A DNA stretch of 64,000 nucleotides, from assembly GCA_036264135.1 (NCBI GenBank), contig DATARN010000008.1, forward strand, positions 9,095-73,094, written 5' to 3'. Of this stretch, positions 61,139 to 64,000 are shown one piece after another. Origin of the DNA: Acidimicrobiales bacterium (GTDB lineage: Bacteria; Actinomycetota; Acidimicrobiia; Acidimicrobiales; Palsa-688). Under the pieces are notes generated by a model. The model was not told the DNA's origin and searched no databases. It was given only the letters and a program-made list of their open reading frames with translations. Within the stretch, counting starts at the first letter, position 1; the number at the start of each line of letters is the position of its first letter. The position numbers and the translations under genes are program-made.

Positions 61139-61591
61139 ATGACATATCAGGAACCGGGATGGTTCACCCGCAACGTTTTCAACCGTGCCGTCGCCGGCCT
61201 CACCCGAGCGGGCATCAGCGTGGTCGGCTCTCGAGTTCTCGAGACCAGGGGGCGCACGACGGGCGAGCCCCGCCGTACTCCGGTAAACCTCCTGACCCTC
61301 GACGGTCGCGACTACCTGGTCGCCGCCCGAGGCGAGACGCAGTGGGTGCGCAACGTGCGCGCCGACGCTGGCCGTCTGACGCTGATAAAAGGCCGGCGGC
61401 GCCAACCTCGGATCGGCCAGCAGCTCAACGCCGACGAGGCAATTCCCGTCCTAAGGGCCTATCTGAAGCGCTGGAAGTTCGAAGTCGGGGTCTTCTTCGA
61501 CGGGGTCAGCGCCGATTCCACGGACGACGAACTCCGGCAGGCGGCGACCCAACACCCGGTTTTCGCCCTGAGCGATACGTCGAAGATGTAG
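61139..61591 (+). CDS. deazaflavin (F420)-dependent nitroreductase-family protein (DUF385/Ddn-like)
   Basis: The sequence reads FNRAVAGLTRAGISVVGSRVLETRGRTTGEPRRTPVNLLTLDGRDYLVAARGETQWVRNVRA, the typical family core. Confidence 0.7.
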   Translation: MTYQEPGWFTRNVFNRAVAGLTRAGISVVGSRVLETRGRTTGEPRRTPVNLLTLDGRDYLVAARGETQWVRNVRADAGRLTLIKGRRRQPRIGQQLNADEAIPVLRAYLKRWKFEVGVFFDGVSADSTDDELRQAATQHPVFALSDTSKM

Positions 61592-61675
61592 TTCCGCCGT
61601 CTTTCATTGACTCACTCAAGCCGCCATCTGACACGGCCGGGTTTCCACAGGTCTCGCACAGGGAAAAAATAAGTT

Positions 61676-61921
61676 GTGGAGGTGCCCAACCCGCTCGATC
61701 CCAACCTCACCGGTGACCCGAAACTTCCATGGTGGCTCCCCGGCGCCATAATCGCCGCCTTCACCTTTTTCGTTTTCGGCGTTGGCATCAGCGACCATCA
61801 CGCGGCCGGTGCAGCTGCGGTTGCGGTCTTCCTCTCGGCGATCGCATTTTTCCTGCTGTGGACCGGTTGGACACGTGGCCGTGGAACTGAGCCAAGCAGG
61901 GCAACGGCACGAGATCGTTAA
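61676..61921 (+). CDS. possible small two-TM membrane protein
   Basis: The GTG-start ORF has hydrophobic helices WWLPGAIIAAFTFFVFGVGI and AAAVAVFLSAIAFFLLW. The ribosome-binding site is weak. Confidence 0.35.
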   Translation: MEVPNPLDPNLTGDPKLPWWLPGAIIAAFTFFVFGVGISDHHAAGAAAVAVFLSAIAFFLLWTGWTRGRGTEPSRATARDR

Positions 61922-62229
61922 CGCATTTGGCAGGCTAATTCCGGCTACACCTGGTTTCTCATCCCGTTCCTTGGAGGGTTGCTGCTGACAGGAACGGGGA
62001 AACCCCGCGGGAGATAGGTGACGCAGCACGAGCCTGTCCGCTGGGGCGACACGCGGGGAGTGTCGCGGTGAGCGTGATGAGCGGTCGTCACCTGATACGG
62101 GTGATTTCGGCCGCCGGTGCCGTCGGCTAAATCCGGCCGTCGTGGCGTAAAGCGCCGCGACCGACAGGGTCCCCGATCGGCGCGCGACGAAGCACAACTA
62201 AGATCGACGCATGGTGAAGAGCGGGCCAA

Positions 62230-63114
62230 ATGCTCTCCTCTGACGGGACCACGAAATTCGCCGTCGGCGGAACGACGGCAATTCGCCGTCTCGGCTTCGG
62301 GGCGATGCGGATCACGGGCACAGGTACCTGGGGGCCGCCCGCTGACCCGGAGGCGGCAGTGGCACTGCTGCGCCGGGCGGTCGAGCTCGGCGTTCAGTTG
62401 ATCGATACTGCCGATACCTATGGCCCCAACGTCTCTGAGGAATTGATCGCCGAAGCGCTGCACCCTTATGACGGGCTCCTGATCGCGACGAAGGGAGGCT
62501 GGGAGCGGACGGGTCCAAGCGGCCGGACAAAGGAAGGCGAGCTGGTTGGGTGGTCGCACAGAGGCCGACCTGAGCAGCTCAAAGCAGCGTGTGAGGGCTC
62601 ACTGCGCCGGCTGAAGGTGGACCGCATCGACCTCTACCAGCTGCACTGGCCCGATCCCGACGTCCGCTTGGAGGAGTCGATCGGGGCCCTGCGAGACCTG
62701 CAGCATGAAGGCAAGGTGCTCCACGTCGGGGTCTGCAACGTCACGATGGCGCAACTCGTTCTCTGTCGTTCGATCGTCGAGATCGCCACGGTGCAGAGCC
62801 CGTTCAACCTGGTGGACACCAGCCGGGCGGACCTGGTAACCGAGTGCGAGTCCCACGGGATAGGTTTCATGCCCTATCGCCCGCTGGAAGGCGGAAAGCT
62901 GGCAGAGCCCGGAGGGCCGGTCGCCGCAGCGGCCGAGCGCCACGCTGTGACCCCCGGGCAGGTCGCACTGGCCTGGCTCCTCGCGCGCTCGCCGGTAATC
63001 CTGCCCATCCCGGGAACCACATCGGTTGCCCACCTCGAAGAGAACGTCCCCGCCGCGTCATTGCAGCTCGACGACGAAGAGGTACAAGAGATCGGCCGCG
63101 CCGCGGGTCAGTAG
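62230..63114 (+). CDS. aldo/keto reductase
   Basis: Sequences LGFGAMRITG, IDTADTYG, RIDLYQLHWPD and IPGTTSVAHLEEN are present. Confidence 0.88.
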   Translation: MLSSDGTTKFAVGGTTAIRRLGFGAMRITGTGTWGPPADPEAAVALLRRAVELGVQLIDTADTYGPNVSEELIAEALHPYDGLLIATKGGWERTGPSGRTKEGELVGWSHRGRPEQLKAACEGSLRRLKVDRIDLYQLHWPDPDVRLEESIGALRDLQHEGKVLHVGVCNVTMAQLVLCRSIVEIATVQSPFNLVDTSRADLVTECESHGIGFMPYRPLEGGKLAEPGGPVAAAAERHAVTPGQVALAWLLARSPVILPIPGTTSVAHLEENVPAASLQLDDEEVQEIGRAAGQ

Positions 63115-63531
63115 TCTCTCGCTGACTAGGCAGAAATAGTCATTCCGGGCCATAGACCGGTGAGCGCCTCCCCCGGACAATGAGCTCCGTTGCTGTCATG
63201 ACTCCGCGTGGAGGACGATGGAAAATCGCACCGGCGCCTCTGCGCGCGTCAGAATCAGCATGGCTGGAGCGGCGCTCCTTCTCGTGGCGGTGGCCGTGGG
63301 AGGAATCGCCCAGGCGCGTGGCAACGGAGACGGTCAAAGACGGCTGATCATGGCCAATGCAACCACGACGGCCTCGGGCCCGTCGCCAACGCTGGCGTTG
63401 GGATCGGACCCCGCCCCCGCGAGTTATAACCAGAACTTGTGGATCGACCATCTGATCTGGGACGCGACGTACCTTCCTCACTGACCAATCGAGGAACGTC
63501 GGGGCGCCAACCCCGGCGAGGAAGGAACGTC

Positions 63532-64000
63532 ATGTTGAGAATAGTTGCTGACGAACGCTCGGGCGCGGAGTTGCGCTCAAGCCTGGACGAGATCGTGCGT
63601 GAGGGTGCCCGGAGGATGTTGGCCGCCGCCCTCGAGGCCGAGGTTGACGCCTACGTGTCGGCCCTGGCCGATGAGCTGGATGAGAACGGGAAACGCCTCG
63701 TGGTCCGCAACGGTCACGCGGAGCCCCGCCAGGTCACCACCGGGGCGGGGGCGATCGAGATTCAGGCGCCGAGAGTGAACGACCGCCGCGTGGATGAGGC
63801 GACCGGTGAGCGCCGCCGGTTCCGCAGCTCGATCATTCCGCCGTGGGCCCGCAAGAGCCCCAAGGTGGCCGAGGTGCTGCCGTTGATGTATCTGCACGGG
63901 ATGAGCAGCGGTGACTTCGCCCCGGCGTTGGAGGAGTTCTTTGGCTCGTCCGCGGGGTTGTCGGCGTCGGTGGTCACCCGGCTGACCAAGCAGTGGCAGG
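63532..64000 (+). mobile_element. IS256-family (mutator-type) transposase gene, N-terminal 156 codons, continuing past the window end
   Basis: My own translation from the ATG at 63532 (GAAGGAA upstream) is MLRIVADERSGAELRSSLDEIVREGARRMLAAALEAEVDAYVSALADELDENGKRLVVRNGHAEPRQVTTGAGAIEIQAPRVNDRR...FRSSIIPPWARKSPKVAEVLPLMYLHGMSSGDFAPALEEFFGSSAGLSASVVTRLTKQWQ. This matches the conserved IS256-family N-terminus. It is absent from the ORF track because no stop occurs inside the window. The terminal inverted repeat was not located. Confidence 0.8.

Noticed and set aside
63218-63484. 88-aa ORF with a signal-peptide-like start (MAGAALLLVAVAVGG)
   Set aside because: It has no convincing ribosome-binding site and no recognisable family, and it lies in a composition-shifted region next to an IS element. 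It is left unannotated as a gene and mentioned only in the IS finding.

Overview
Limits first: there were no tools, so all family assignments rest on motifs I recognise by eye, and start codons are best guesses from Shine-Dalgarno-like (ribosome-binding) sequences and stop/start overlaps. The window is a visibly GC-rich chromosome segment that looks Actinomycetota-like (LAxTG sorting signal, deazaflavin-type reductase, Tat-less hydrogenase), with no rRNA, tRNA or CRISPR array seen. (1) 1-4.4 kb holds seven paralogous single-pass membrane proteins, all on the minus strand. Four are small and DUF948-like. The other three are translationally coupled 213-243 aa proteins built almost entirely of Asn/Ser/Thr/Gly-rich heptads with Cys-containing C-terminal caps. 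I cannot place the larger three in a characterised family, and this is my best candidate for an undescribed system. (2) 4.8-28.6 kb is a nearly all minus-strand supercluster. It joins a group 1h-type high-affinity [NiFe]-hydrogenase (small and large subunits, NifU-like protein, three conserved unknowns, protease, an unlisted 34-codon ORF, hypC, three small Gly-rich proteins) to red-type form I RuBisCO (cbbLSX). A tightly spaced prk-fba-hypF-(SIS/HypC fusion)-SIS-hypE unit follows. A regulatory island interrupts the supercluster: a NarL-type response regulator with a GAF kinase, a LysR regulator, a triple-PAS protein and a PadR-YceI fusion. No hypD, hypA or hypB is present in the window. (3) 28.7-33.6 kb carries a PilZ protein, small unknowns, glpX, a glycosyltransferase and a membrane protein. 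(4) 33.70-33.96 kb is a roughly 84-bp hairpin-containing tandem repeat of about 3 copies. (5) 34.0-40.7 kb is a TetR-controlled lipid-type operon: fatty acyl reductase-HAD fusion, Zn-ADH, LarA-like protein and PlsC acyltransferase. (6) The remainder is housekeeping and accessory genes: gltB, HAD-PlsC fusion, acnA, YceH-like protein, LAxTG surface protein, aspS, VOC protein, AlkZ/YcaQ-like protein, a degenerate GGDEF-GAF-PAS sensor, a TetR/deazaflavin-reductase pair and an aldo-keto reductase. The window ends inside an IS256-family transposase.
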